DNA from: Takakia lepidozioides
Taxonomy: Eukaryota; Plantae; Bryophyta
Direction: 5' to 3'
NCBI GenBank assembly: GCA_030704615.1
Contig: CM060734.1
Coordinates: 3,844,001 to 3,908,000 of the forward strand
Length of the DNA stretch: 64,000 bases
A model generated the notes under the pieces. That model was not told the origin of the DNA. It was given only the letters and a program-made list of their open reading frames with translations, and ran no database searches. A program made the position numbers and the translations under genes. Shown piece by piece: positions 1-12,600 of the stretch (within the stretch, counting starts at the first letter, position 1; every line of letters begins with the position of its first letter).

Positions 1-78
1 CCACTATCTCCGCAGAAGATGAAGTAACCTCCCCACTCTCACAGAGTGTAGCTGCCAGCCTGAACACCTCAGCTGGTC

Positions 79-1991
79 TTACCCCGGCGTCGCAATCATG
101 GTAGCCGAGAACAATGGAGCCTGGCACACAGATGTGGCCGCTCCTAGCAGCACACTAGCTGCCGTAGCCTTGGCAACACTAGGTAGTGGTGCTACCCGTG
201 TAGCTCTCCCCAATGGCATAGTAACCTCCGCCTCGGTAATAGTCGGGCGAGAACTAGGTGCCATGGATGGCGTCGACACTGTCTCCGCCAATGTGAATGA
301 CTGAGGAAGCCTAGCCTGACGGCTTGCCTCCCCACGCTGTGGATCCAACTCCACCTCTGCACCTCGTGGCTCAGGAACTCGTGCTGCTCCTCGAGTCACG
401 GCTGCAGCAGACTCCACCTGCACTAGTGGTAGTGCTGCTCCACACATGAATCCCATGCCTCCCATATCTCCTCCCTCAGGAGCAGGAGGTGGACCATCCG
501 GCCTTAGAGCCGGTACCACCTGAGCTGTAGCCATGGCAGCGAGCCTCTGCTCTAGCTGCTGAAGCCGGTTGGCCATGCCTTGGTCAACACCCTGACCTCC
601 GCGTCCTTGGCCACGTTGAGCTTGCCCTTGGCCTGCACCTCGTGGCTGGCCACCTCGTCCTCTCTGGGCTGCTCCACCTCGCCCCCGGCCACCATTGTTC
701 CCTTGGAACTGGCCTGGGCGCAACTCAGGATGCAAACCATAACACTGGGCCTCTCCATGCCCGTGCTTGCCACAATGCCCACACTGCAACTGTGCAGGCT
801 GTGCATGTGCCGACCCTTTGCCTCCCTCTGGGCAATCCTTCTTGACATGGGGTCCTCCACATGTCCAGCACACCACATCCGCCCGTTGTTGGCCAGCAAA
901 TGAAGGGAGAGACCCCTGCATTGAGGTCCTCTCTGCCCTTCCCTGAGCTTCACCTGAGCCCCCTTGTTGCCTTGAGCACGTTGAGGTAGTGGTTGGCTAG
1001 GAGCACCACTACCCCGTGGTGTCTCCTTAGCAAATCCCACCATGACCACTCGTTCCTCCACCATGTTGAGCTCTATCCGCTCTGCCAGCAAAAACACATT
1101 TGCTAAGGTGGGTTGGGCCGCTTGTAGGAGAGTTGCATCCCGCACCCTTCTCCTCAGCTCCTTGTCCAATATCCCATACCAGAATTGGACTGCCTGAGCT
1201 TCCGTAACCCCTTGGGTTACATTTATCAAGCGCCTCATGCGAGTGAAAGCCTCCCTCAAGCTCTCGGTCGGCTTCCGTTGGAACTCTTGCAAGCTCCGCA
1301 ACTTCTCTGTCCTCACCCCTTGGTAGTTCCCTCTCAACTCTTCGAAGAACTCCACAACAGGGTTGAAGGCAGGCACGGGTGCTAGTGCTGGTGCGGTAGT
1401 GGCTTGGGTGGACGTCGTAGCTACTGTACCACCAGTCCCACTGCTGCTTGCTGAAGCTGCCGGTGCAGCGGCAGGTGTAGCCACTGCCCTCGTGGCTCTA
1501 GTGCCCCTAGTGATGGAGACATAGTCGGGTGACCAGTACATCCTCCACTCCTCGATCTCAACCTCATGCCCCCGCCTGAACTCATGGTAATCATCCATAG
1601 GCGGCCCCTCAAGGTGCTGAAACAGCCCTTTCCATGCCATGAACGGCGTAAATAGTTGTGGATTGCGCATTTGCTGCAAATCACACCAACTATCAAACTC
1701 TTGGATAAAATCATCCAACTCAATGGTGCCCACCGCCCCAGAGTACCTTCGTGGCCCCTTGGTAGCTCCATACATCTCCTCCATTGTGTCCCACAACAAT
1801 GGCAAAGAAACAACTTGCACCGCCGGTATGAGCCCTCCTGATTCACAATCCGAATCAGAACCTTCCGTGGAAGACACAGGAGGTGAAGGTGGCCTAAACC
1901 GCACACCTCGTCTCGTGTACCCACTAGTATCGCTAGTGCTCGAACCGGCACTGTCCCCAGCAACTAGTGGCACCTCCGTGTTGACACTCAA
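79..1991 (-). pseudogene. gag: Gag polyprotein, frameshifted (ORFs 552-1991 and 79-921)
   Basis: Capsid-like core (LDDFIQEF...FQRKPTESLREAFTRMRRL...QFWYGIL); two zinc knuckles CWTCGGPHVKKDC and CGHCGKHGHGEAQC in the second frame. Confidence 0.85.
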
Positions 1992-2280
1992 CCGGTCATG
2001 AACATGTCCCTAACCCCCTCTCCACAAGGTAACCGGGTAGAGAACCTGTTGCGGCTTATGGTTTGGAATACTAAGTTCCTAACATAGCCTACACCTGAAC
2101 TTGCATGACCATGGGAATATCATGAAGATACTCCTCAAACCGCCCTCCACGAGCTTCAAAATTCGGCCTTCCAGACCACATGCCAGTCCTTAGTCCACCA
2201 GTGCCTCCACAAGTCAGCACAGGCCATCCACAGGTCAACACGGGCCACCACAGACCAGCACAGGCCCACACATCTCACTG

Positions 2281-3520
2281 GTCACAGCCGTCACAGTCCC
2301 ACAGGCCACTGGGCACAGCCTGTCACAGCCCCTCACAGCTCGTCACAGCCTCAAAGGCCTCAGGCACAGCCTGTCACAGCCCCTCACAGCCCGTCACAGC
2401 CCCAAAGGCCTCAGGCGCGGCCTGTCACAGCCCCTCACAGCCCGTCACAGCCCCAAAGGCCATGGGCACGGCGTGTCACAGCCCGTCACAGCCCGTCACA
2501 GCCTCAAAGGCCTCAGGCACGGCCTGTCACAGCCCATCACAGCCCAAAGGCCTCAGGCACGGCCTGTCACAGCCCCTCACAGCCCGTCACAGCCCCAAAG
2601 GCCTCAGGCGCGGCCTGTCACAGCCCCTCACAGCCCGTCACAGCCCCAAAGGCCTCAGGCACGGCCTGTCACAGCCCGTCACAGCCCCAAAGGCCTCAGG
2701 CGCGGCCTGTCACAGCCCCTCACAGCCCGTCACAGCCCCAAAGGCCATGGGCACGGCCTGTCACAGCCCCTCACAGCCCGTCACAGCCCCAAAGGCCTCA
2801 GGCACGGCCTGTCACAGCCCATCACAGCCCCAAAGGCCTCAGGCACGGCCTGTCACAGCCCCTCACAGCCCGTCACAGCCCCAAAGGCCTCAGGCGCGGC
2901 CTGTCACAGCCCCTCACAGCCCCTCACAGCCCCAAAGGCCATGGGCACGGCCTGTCACAGCCCCTCACAGCCCGTCACAGCCTCAAAGGCCTCAGGCACG
3001 GCCTGTCACAGCCCCTCACAGCCCGTCACAGCCCAAAGGCCATGGGCACGGCCTGTCACAGCCCCTCACAGCCCGTCACAGCCTCAAAGGCCTCAGGCAC
3101 ACGGCCTGTCACAGCCTGACACAGCCCGTCACAGCCCCACAGGCACAGGGCACAGCCCATCACAGCCCATCACAGCCTCAAAGGCCTCAGGCACGGCCTG
3201 TCACAGCCCCTCACAGCCCATCACAGCCCAAAGGCCATGGGCACAGCCTGTCACAGCCCGTCACAGCCCCACAGGCCTCAGGGCACAGCCTGTCACAGCC
3301 CCGCACAGCCCGTCACAGCCCCAAAAGGCCACTGGGCACAGCCTGTCACAGCCTGACACAGCCCGTCACAGCCCCACAGGGCACAGGGCACAGCCTGTCA
3401 CAGCCCATCACAGCCTGTCACAGCTTGCCACAGCCCGTCACAGCCCGTCACAGCTCGCCACAGCCTGACACAGCCCGTCACAGCCCGTCACAGCTTGCCA
3501 CAGCTTGCCACAGCCCCACA
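2281..3520. repeat. Minisatellite of ~51-bp units built from ~10-bp TCACAGCCC(C/G) subunits, in the retrotransposon leader
   Basis: Unit GCCTGTCACAGCCCCTCACAGCCCGTCACAGCCCCAAAGGCCTCAGGCACG repeated with variants; 17-aa periodicity in the overlapping ORF translation. Confidence 0.95.
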
Positions 3521-5035
3521 CATGGCCGCTCTGGCACTTTAGCCATTTCTCCAAGGGGTTTAGCCACGCCAAGCTAGGGTTTGTGTCTCTTGGACTCTAG
3601 GCTTCTTTCCACCGAGCTATGGTGGCTGTGAGGAAATCAGCAAGGTATCCTTGCTCTTTCGGCTCCCACACACCACCATAGTAGCCCTAAGCCATGAGGT
3701 GGTTGCCACAAACCAAGCCTTCTTTCTCACTTAGCCTACCCAAACACGCCACTAAACTCAATGGCAAACAACCAAGTCCTGCTGGTTCCCAGCCCTTGTG
3801 AGCACTCATTCAAGCACTCTCCTTGGCCATAGCATCTGTCTTAGAGCCTCTTCCAGCCCCCTACACCTGCTGCTTTAAGAGTTGCGCTCCCTTCAAGCTT
3901 GAAGTTGAAACCCCAACTCACATATGCCCTACAAGTGCTTTTCTTTCACTCCAAGTGGAAACCAGCCCTAGACCTTCAGTTCTAGCTCTCTAAAGCTTGA
4001 AAACAAGAGCCTCAATGGGCTGAAGGCATGCTCCACACATGCCCCACTCTCACCATAAAAGAATCAGCTCCTTTGCTTCATTTCTTGCACCCACAAACCT
4101 GAAAATACAAGCTTCAGCATGCTGAAAGCATGCTCCACATGCCCTACAGGGAAACCAGCCCCTTCCTTCCTTTCTTGCACTCCCACACCTGAAAGTGCAA
4201 GCCTTCACCAGGCTGATAGCATGCTCCACACATGCATTGCCCTCACATAAGGGAAGTCAGCCCTTCCCTCTTCCTTGCTTGCCCTCCAAGCTTGAAGATG
4301 GAAGCTTCAATGAGCTGAATACATGCTCCACACATGCAACCTCTTCACACAAGAGATATCAGCCCCTATCTTGGCTCCTTGGCTCCTTGATGCTCTCTAA
4401 GACAAGACTAAGCACTCCATAGCCTTTGCCAAGCTCCTGAAACCCTAAGGCTTACATTTCCAGCCACAAGACACTTCTCTTGTGGTGCAAGAGCTCTTCT
4501 TCCAAGCTCTGTAACCCTAGGTGCACATTCCATGGCCTTGCCGCACCTCTTAGCTCATGTTCCAGCCCTGCTCTCGCCATGACAAGAGCCCTCTCAATGC
4601 TGAAGTTCGAGATTGAAACCCAATCTCACCATACTCCACAAAGTGCACTGATTTGCCCCAAGCCAAATCAGCCCTTTCGCTTGGTCTTGCAATCCTTCAC
4701 ACAATGACAGCTCGCATTCCCAAGTCCAGTTCTCAGCTTTGCCACCAAAGCCACTATAACCTGCTCTTGACTGGTCCTCTTCCCAATCGTGCTTGCTCAT
4801 GCATGTACACAATCTGAAACCATCAAGGTGCTCTGGAATTACCTACAGTATGGTGCTTTCATCTCTGAAGCTGAAGATCGAATGCCAAGGTTTACCACCT
4901 CGTAACCCACATCGCCTCCGCTTCTAACAACCAAGAGCTCCACGGTGCTCCTTGCATAACAACTTGGTTTCTCTCATTCTCAAGCAAAAACCACAAGTGC
5001 TACAACTAACTCGTATCTAGCACTCATAGATACGA

Positions 5036-5052
5036 GCTCATCTTTCTCGAGT
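5036..5052 (-). promoter_or_regulatory. PBS-position sequence complementary to the element's own LTR (self-priming type)
   Basis: GCTCATCTTTCTCGAGT (5036-5052) is the exact reverse complement of ACTCGAGAAAGATGAGC (5216-5232); no TGG-initiated tRNA PBS follows the LTR. Confidence 0.75.
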
Positions 5053-5378
5053 GATAAAGAGGAAGAATACAAGCACAAGCTCATGCGAGCTCACAAAGCT
5101 GAAGCATAAACTCAGGCATATATAACCTCATCACTCAAATACAAGTCAAGCCAAGTGCACCCCACGCCATGGGGAATCCACACTACGGCGCCATAGCTAG
5201 GCGCGGTGAGGCTCAACTCGAGAAAGATGAGCCTCCCGCGCTTGCCGTGAAGATAACCACTCCAGGGCCTAAATCTGCCTTGACCCCTGGATTGACACTT
5301 GGGCCAATCCCAAATGTCAATATGTAAAAGCTAGCTATTTCCTAGCTAGTTTCACACTAGTGGTAAAATAACTTGACA
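5052..5378 (-). repeat. Terminal repeat B (327 bp, TG..CA), 5' end of family 1
   Basis: Nearly identical to 22624-22950; minus strand TGTCAAGT...TTTATCA. Confidence 0.9.
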
Positions 5379-6075
5379 GGTCGCTTCATTTAATTTTTTT
5401 CTTAAAACATAAGCGACCGCAAGCATAGGCGGTCGCTTCATTTTCAAAACATTTAAAATAAATAAGCGACCGCCAACATAGGTGGTCGCTTCATTTTCAA
5501 AAACTTCAAGAAAAAAAAGCGACCGCCAACGTAGGCGGTCTCTTCATTAAAATAAAATAAAATAAATAAGCGACCGCCAGCATAGGCGGTCGCTTCATTT
5601 TCAAAACATTTAAAATAAATAAACGACCGCCAACATAGGCGGTCGCTTCATTTTCAAAAAACCTTAAAATAAATAAGCAACCGCCAACATAGGCAATCGT
5701 TTCATTTTTTTTTTAAATAAAAAAAATAATCGACCGCCAGCATAGGCGGTCGCTTCATTTTCAAAACATTTAAAATAAATAAGCGACCGCCAACATCGGC
5801 GGTCGCTTCATTTTCAAAAACTTAAAAAAAAATAAGCGGCCGCCAACATAGGCGGTTGCTTCATTTTCTTTTAAATTAAAAAAAATAAGTGACCGCCAGC
5901 ATAGGCGGTCGCTTCATTTTCAAAACATTTTAAATAAATAAGCGACCGTCAACATAGGCGGTCGCTTCATTTTCAAAAACTTTAAAAAAAATAAGCGACC
6001 GCCAATATAGGCGGTCGCTTCATTTCCAAAATAATTAAAATAAAAGCGACCACCAGTAATGGCGATCGCTGCAAT
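5379..6075. repeat. Array of ~13 palindromic ~53-bp units (AAGCGACCGCC-AACATA-GGCGGTCGCTT plus A/T-rich spacer); probable DNA-transposon subterminal repeats
   Basis: Units start near 5411, 5464, 5517, 5568, 5621, 5675, 5728, 5781, 5834, 5887, 5940, 5993 and 6044. Confidence 0.85.
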
Positions 6076-6383
6076 TTGTAAAAACAAAAACTGCCAGTAA
6101 TGGAAGTGTGACTGGGGGCTTATATCCCCCCCCCCTCATTCCTCGCTCCATGCGCAGGGCAGACCTCACAAGCAAATCACCGAACACAAACATGAGCAAG
6201 TGACGGTGCCTTTGGCCGATATTTTGGCTGGTATACACATGGACAACATCTTTTATTTTCCAACACATACACAACAGCAATACAAATACTCATAGTGACA
6301 ATGATCACATTGGTATTACTTCAGTACAGAAATATAAACATGTCCACTAAAAAGTGCTGATGTATGCCTATAGCTGTTTTGCT

Positions 6384-7252
6384 TTAATTCCTTCTACTGC
6401 TTCGACGGCGGGACGAAGAAGATCCTAATCCTAATACTCCGATGGGTTGAAAATCCGGGTCACCCTCGACTTCACCACCGTTGCCATGATCAGTGTTGGA
6501 ATCGTCCTCCCTATCCGACCTCATATGTCCAGGCTTTTGAATCTGCAAGCGACCTCGAACCACATTTAGTTCTCTCTGAGGTCGATTCCCGCTCCGGTCT
6601 TGAATACCATCCACGGTATCTGGTCTGTTTGTGGGCCGATCGCCTACAAAAGGCTGGACTGTTCTCTGTCGTTTATGGACTTGGGACGCAATCGAAGGTG
6701 GTCTCGAAGGAGGTACCGGAGGGGGAACTGCCCGAGATGGACCGGCATTAGATGGTCCGGCATGTAAGGAACCACGGGTCTGCTGCGCAACACGTCGGTT
6801 AAGGTGGAATTGTAGTGGCAGGTTGTCATCATCCGAGGCTTCAACTTCTGCCTGGTCCAATGCAGCAGAATGATGCATGCGTGTGGAAAACAGATCAACC
6901 CTGTTGCTCCTTAATGCCCGCTGTGTTGATGGGGAGCTGGATCGGTTTTGGCATTGTGATGGAGCTGGTCGTATCGGTGAGGCATGATCCAGTCCCGTCA
7001 ACTGTACAATGGGTTCGACACCATCATTTGTATGAACAAGGTTGCGTACGTCGATCGGTCCTGGCTGTACATCACCCCTAAGCTCCATTGGGGCACTACC
7101 GGTGGCTTCAGCGTGTAGTGGGGGCGAGGTCGACCCCAACTTCATTTTGAGGACCATGTTCTGGGGATGACACAATTGCAGCTTCACCTTCATCTGCGAT
7201 ACGCACTTCTTCAAGAAGGTCATCAAAGGTCGGCTGGATATAAACACCATCC
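6384..7252 (-). pseudogene. Long low-complexity exon of an unidentified (probably TE-borne) gene, separated from its splice acceptor by a LINE
   Basis: Open frame of ~290 codons; removing 7253-10200 restores minus-strand TGTGCAGTTTCAG|GATGGTG. Confidence 0.45.
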
Positions 7253-10173
7253 GAGAAAGCATTTGACAAAGTCGACTTGGTCCTTCCTTATGGCAGTGCT
7301 CCACAAATCAGGCATCCCTCATGGCTTCTGCCAGTAGGTTCAGATTCTGCTGTAAGGGGCAACCAGCAGACACATGGTTAATGGGCATCTCTCCAAACCC
7401 TTCCCGCTCCAAAGGTCAGTAAGGCAGGGCTGCCCTCTGGCACCTTTTCTCTTCCTGTTTGTGGTAGACGCTCTCGGGCACATGTTAGACAACAACCCTA
7501 AGGTGAAAGGCCTAAAGCTTCAAACCCCAAGAACAACCACCTAGAAGGAAGTCAAGGACGCAATGTTCGTTGATAATACCTTCTTACTTCTCCAAGCCAA
7601 TAGCCCCTCGTTGGAAGCTGCACAAGACACGCTCAGCCACTTCTGCAGTGTCTCTGGGTTCAGAATCAATTGGTCCAAAACCAAAGCCTTGTTACTAGGG
7701 GACCGCTCGAAATCCGAAATTGGGACAGCTCCCACATGGGGGCAGCACCTGGGCCTACATTGGCTTAAAGAAGGGGAGCCTACCACACTATTAGGGCACA
7801 CATTCGGCATCAATCTCACTGAGGAACTAAGGATGGAGCCCACAATTCAAAAGTTGAAGCACCACCTAGCCTACTGGGGGTCGTGTCACCTATCTATCAC
7901 GGGAAGGGCACTGGTAGCCAACCAGATTATTCTGGCAAGTATTTGATACTTTGCTTCAACCTGGGGCCCTCATTCAAAATTCCTCAAGGAAATCAAAAAG
8001 CTGATTAGGAACTTCATCTGGGGAGCTGCAAACTCCTCCCAAAACAAAAGACCTCAGGTGTCCTGGGCCCAGATCTGCCTGCCAAAAAATATGGGGGGCC
8101 TGGGTGTACTTGACCCAGCTACGCAGATCAAGGCTCTCCTGGGAAAATGGATTCCCAGATTCATTGGGCCGGATGGAGGCTGCTGGAAGCTAATGGTCTC
8201 CACCACAATATCCTCCTCCACTCCTCTGCAACGTGTGCAGTGGTTGGCTTCAAGCCGCTGGCTTCTTCAGGGTTTTAAACATAAATCATTGGGCTCCCCT
8301 CTCTGGTCATCAATCTGGAATTCCTGGAACTGCCTTAGGCCATTCTTGAGGAAACTTGAGCCTAAAACCTTCCATGAAACCCTTCGGCAACACCTTTTCC
8401 TCAACAATCCAGGCCCCTCTGCGGCGGACCGAGCTTCTGCCAAAAGATGGGCAGGCTGGGAGACCAGAGGAATCTCCACGATTAACGATTTATGGGAAAA
8501 CACACCTCAATCTCTCTACCAGGCATTGGGGGCCACCCGTCTACAATCTGGAATCTCCCTCATCATTCAATCAATCCCAGATCCCTGGAAACTCATTCTA
8601 AAAGCTTGCCCAGGACTTGTTCATGCCAATCAGTTGGTTATGAATAACTCACAGGCACTACAAATTCTTTACATTTCAGAAGTTGGCCAGATCTTGCTCA
8701 AGGGGTTTTCCTTCCAAGCAGATGAGCTTTCAGGACACCTTTCTCTCACCAGCCAGGTACCCATATCACTCCCAGCTTCCAACACCAGCCTAGTGAGAAT
8801 TTGCCAGTGGTCATCCCCAACAAAGACCTTCAAGCCTTCAAGGCCTACTGGGACAAACACACTCACCTGGCTAAGTAAGGAGAACTTTATCCTCTTCGGG
8901 AACTCCAGCATTACTTCGCTACAGTTGGACCCATCTGAATGGGAATGGGCCTTTCAGGATGAACGACACCCACTATTTTCCTACTCAGCCAAAAAGGGCT
9001 ATAGAGCTATGCTGGGAGCCAGACCTCTCATTTCTAAATGGGAAAATAGATGGAGTCACGAGAACTTCAACCAGGAAGACTGGAAAGGTATTTGGTCTCT
9101 TGTCTGGGAGAAAACAAAGCCGGCAAAGATAAGTGCTTTCTTATGGCAAGTGGCCAATAGAGTGCTCAAGGTGGGCCAATTCCTCAATTTCAATGAAGCA
9201 ATCATCTGCCAATGTTGTGCCAATCAAACCATTGAATCTTTAGAGCATTGTCTTCTCCATTGTCTGGTGCCCTCAATAGTCTGGCCTCTGGCTCGAGGCT
9301 TCTACAGATCTTGGGACACCTTAAGATTTGGATCCCTGGAAATCCTTCTCAACTACAACCAGGGGCAGAAAACTAAGGCTTCCGACTGTCCAGTTTTTGA
9401 AGCCCTCAGATGGTCTGTCCTCTGGAACATTTGGAAGAGTCGTTGTCTCTGCAACAGATATCATGTCTCTAGTTTTCTTTGACTTGACAATTGCAGCTAA
9501 AAAGGCTTGGGCCTCACTGTGTGCAGTGGCGACCAAGAAACCAGAGCGTTTGCCAGCACTCATCGCTATTTTCAGGGCTACCTGGGGCCACAATGGGCTC
9601 ATTTGCACATGCTCCAGTGATCTCACCTATCTTTGGGCAGACAAAATTCCACCTTCATGGGAGGGACACAGGAATCCCCTCTTCAGCCTCCCCTGAATTT
9701 GACAGATCCGAGATCAACTGGAAGCACGTTCGATCATCTTCAGCAGCCAGGCTCCACTTCCATCGCTAAATTTTCTTCGTTGCTTGCTACTCCAACTCCT
9801 GACTGCCCCGCCTTGACCTCTCATCCCGCTGCACGCCGTTCCGTTCTCCCTCACTCATCGCCATAGGGCTCCAACCCTATTTCCCTCTAGGTCTTAGTTT
9901 ACTCCACGATCAACTCGACGTGGCTTTTGTCTCTCCCTCAATCGGTTGTACCCCGCTTTTTTAAGAGTGATAACTCTATTTTTAGGCGAGACGCCTCCGA
10001 TTTTCTGTGGTAGTCATTAGCCCAGGTAAAGGGCTCTCAGTTACTGTTCTCAGTCATCCGGCACGGTCTCCGTGCGATCAGCCTCATGGCAGCCTCGTGG
10101 CACTCTAAGGGTTTTAATTTTTTTCCCTTCAATAATTCCAAATAAAGCTTCCAGGGCGAGACCCCTGTTCAGG

Positions 10174-10200
<27 letters not shown>
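7253..10200 (+). mobile_element. 5'-truncated L1-clade LINE (ORF2 RT and zf-RVT, degenerate) with 3' UTR and poly(A)
   Basis: EKAFDKV-WSFL, SVRQGCPLAPFLF, FVDNT (degenerate FADDT), SGFRINWSKT, WAQICLPKNMGGLGV, CQCC..ESLEHCLLHC; AATAAA at 10141 and A27 at 10174-10200. Confidence 0.95.
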
Positions 10201-10205
<5 letters not shown>

Positions 10206-10350
10206 AACTGCACACATTTCTTTAAATGATCCATTTTAGGTGTTTCTACCTCAAGGTTGGATTGCAAGCAGTGCGTGCAGGCGAGGCATACATTGATACC
10301 GAGAACAGGTGACCGCAAAAAGTTGGACCCTCTTGATGTTACCTATAATT

Positions 10351-10590
10351 CCCTGTGGATCAATAGTTGCAAGAAACCTGCATGGGTAGATGGTCAACTG
10401 GGAGCCGCAGCAGCAGTGGCACAATTGATAAAATCAGGCACTGCTAATGAAGGCACCTTCTTCAACACATTTTCACCCTGTTGACCCTAAATTTTCATGT
10501 GGATCAATAGCTACAAGAAACCTGCTACATGGGTAGATGGTCAACTAAAGGTAGCAGCTGCAGCGGCACAGTTGATAAAATTAGGCACCT
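10351..10590. repeat. Diverged direct duplication of ~90 bp, period ~145 bp
   Basis: TGTGGATCAATAG..CAAGAAACCTG..ATGGGTAGATGGTCAACT occurs twice. Confidence 0.75.
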
Positions 10591-10740
10591 CAACCATGAC
10601 CACAGCTTCTGAAAGAGGAAGGCTTTGGAAACCTAGGGGCAAATGATGTGGGATGGGATGAAGCAAGACCAGGTCATGTTCATTTGTGTAGGAGGTTAGA
10701 GTAAGACGTTGCGAGGGAGAGAAGGGACAGAGAGGGGTAG

Positions 10741-12600
10741 ATGAAGAAGGTGCGGGATGGCTTGTTCATTGGCAACATAATTGATGCAGCAGCAGCGTTG
10801 GCTGCAACACACCCACCAGTGACACACATGCTATCATTAATCTCCTCCAACATTGATCCTCTGGAATTTAAGAGATCCGCCTCCATTTCCGATCCGGATG
10901 GGGAAACGAATGGAGTTAATCGGGTTGCGCATGATGAAGCAGGCAGCTCCAAGCTGGAGAGAATGACGGTTCTGCTACAAGACATCGAATCTCAGGATCT
11001 CCTGGACTCTCTGGAGGCGTGCGTGGAGTTCATAGAGAGGGGGAGGAACAATGGCAGTATGCCGGTCCACTGTATGGCTGGTGTTTCTCGCAGGCAAGAA
11101 GGTTTTGTAAAATGAGTTTCCTCTTCACATGATTGCAAAAGAGATATTATACTTTGATCTTTTAAGGGCTAAGTTGCATACTGGACTAAGTCGCCGTTGG
11201 AAGAAAAATTGTGCTTGCTCGTTGAGCATTGTGGCATGCATCCCGCAGACTGCATGTACATCAATACTGCAATACCTCAAACGGGCATCTGTCACAGACC
11301 TAGCTTTTCTCGATTCGCGTTGTCCCTCTGTCGGAGGTGTTAAGCTGACACGTGCCTTCGGGATGCTTTTCTGGTTGACCTTCACAAGAAGCTGAATCTT
11401 GTTTAGCTACAGCCCTGTGTGTTGCATTTGCCGAAAGAGTATAAACTCCTCTTTACCCTTTTCAGCACACCGTGTAATCGTGTGAGCATCTTATTCAACA
11501 CTTGACAGACGCAAATCAGTTCTGCACTTGCGGTACATAGGACAACGGTAATCCACCGTGTAGGCATGGACTTACTTCCCCTTTGCCAAAACTCAGCTAG
11601 GCTTGTACATGTCTTCACGATGTTCAAGTGGGTGATCGTGTCCATGAGCCCTTCATTCGGTGTCTCTATGCCATCATGACAGTCTGATAATGCATTGAAC
11701 AGTCGGCGCATAATTGAACCTTATTCAATCTGTTTCAGGATGAGAACTTTTGCTACTGGGGCACAATGATAGCTCTTGGCTTTACTAAGCAATGCAGACA
11801 GCAGGTCTTATTATATGGACAAGTTTTTCCGCGAAGCAATGATTTAATATCTGAAAGGAGATCATTTAGTGCTACATTCTGGTTACCTGGGTACTGGTGC
11901 TGAAATATATTACTCTGGCAGATCTACTGTACCCTTCCGTCAACCAGAGACATAGATATGTATATTCAGCTACTATTGCTTTGCGGTTTGCTTATTTATG
12001 CATGTGGATGGGATCTTGCAAGGATGTTTTTGTTAAAAGCCATTAATCAGGCTCAAAAGTGTTGACTTCCTGGTGTTCTGTAGATCGATGCTCTTTCCTA
12101 GATCTCAAACCTGTCAGATACTAAAACTTAACTTTCCGCTGGCCCCAGTCCCTCCTCCTTTCAACCCCACCTGTTGAGCTTCTGTTATTCTTCGAGTTAG
12201 ATGTTCAAGCTCATGTGACGAATGGCTTTGTTGGGGTTTGTGCAGTGCAGCCATGGTGACTGCATATCTCATGCATACTGAGCGTTTGTCTGCAGATGGT
12301 TCTCATCATCCCCTCCCTTCCTTTCGTACGCAGAGTTGGTCTTGCTTCCTCATTCATCAGAAACCCTCCGTTTGAACACGCGAAAAGCATTTGGGGTTGA
12401 TGCTGCAAGTCTTTCTTCATTCAAGATATGTTTACTGCATAAGCTTGCCCCCTTTGGAACTCTTGATATCCATTTGTTGTACTCTTATAGGCACCCTTCC
12501 TTGTTTTGACGTGTACGTGTCTCTCGGTGTCACAGATGCACTGGCATTGTTGAGGATAGTGAGTGAAGGTGTTTATCCAATTGACGGATTTATGCAACAT
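10741..12600 (+). pseudogene. Dual-specificity protein phosphatase (DUSP12/YVH1-like) 5' fragment; exons 10741-11093, 12246-12298, 12536-12600
   Basis: Spliced reading MKKVRDGLFIGN...VHCMAGVSR/SAAMVTAYLMHTERLSAD/DALALLRIVSEGVYPIDGFMQH contains the HCxxGxSRS loop; no later exons found. Confidence 0.85.

Larger units (their letters stand above)
1..5378 (-). mobile_element. Ty3/gypsy retrotransposon family 1, 5' portion (terminal repeat B, ~3-kb leader, gag); continues beyond the left window edge
   Basis: TG..CA-bounded repeat at 5052-5378 shared with 22624-22950; gag-like ORFs with CCHC knuckles downstream on the minus strand; right end interrupts a palindromic array mid-unit. Confidence 0.85.

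Noticed and set aside
921-995. Programmed -1 frameshift within gag
   Set aside because: No canonical slippery heptamer is visible and the shift precedes the knuckles; more likely a mutation.
2180-3577. 465-aa and 331-aa repetitive ORFs
   Set aside because: By-products of a stop-free minisatellite, antisense to the element.
5379-6075. CRISPR-like array of palindromic repeats
   Set aside because: Spacers are related A/T tracts rather than unique sequences, there are no cas genes, and the context is eukaryotic.
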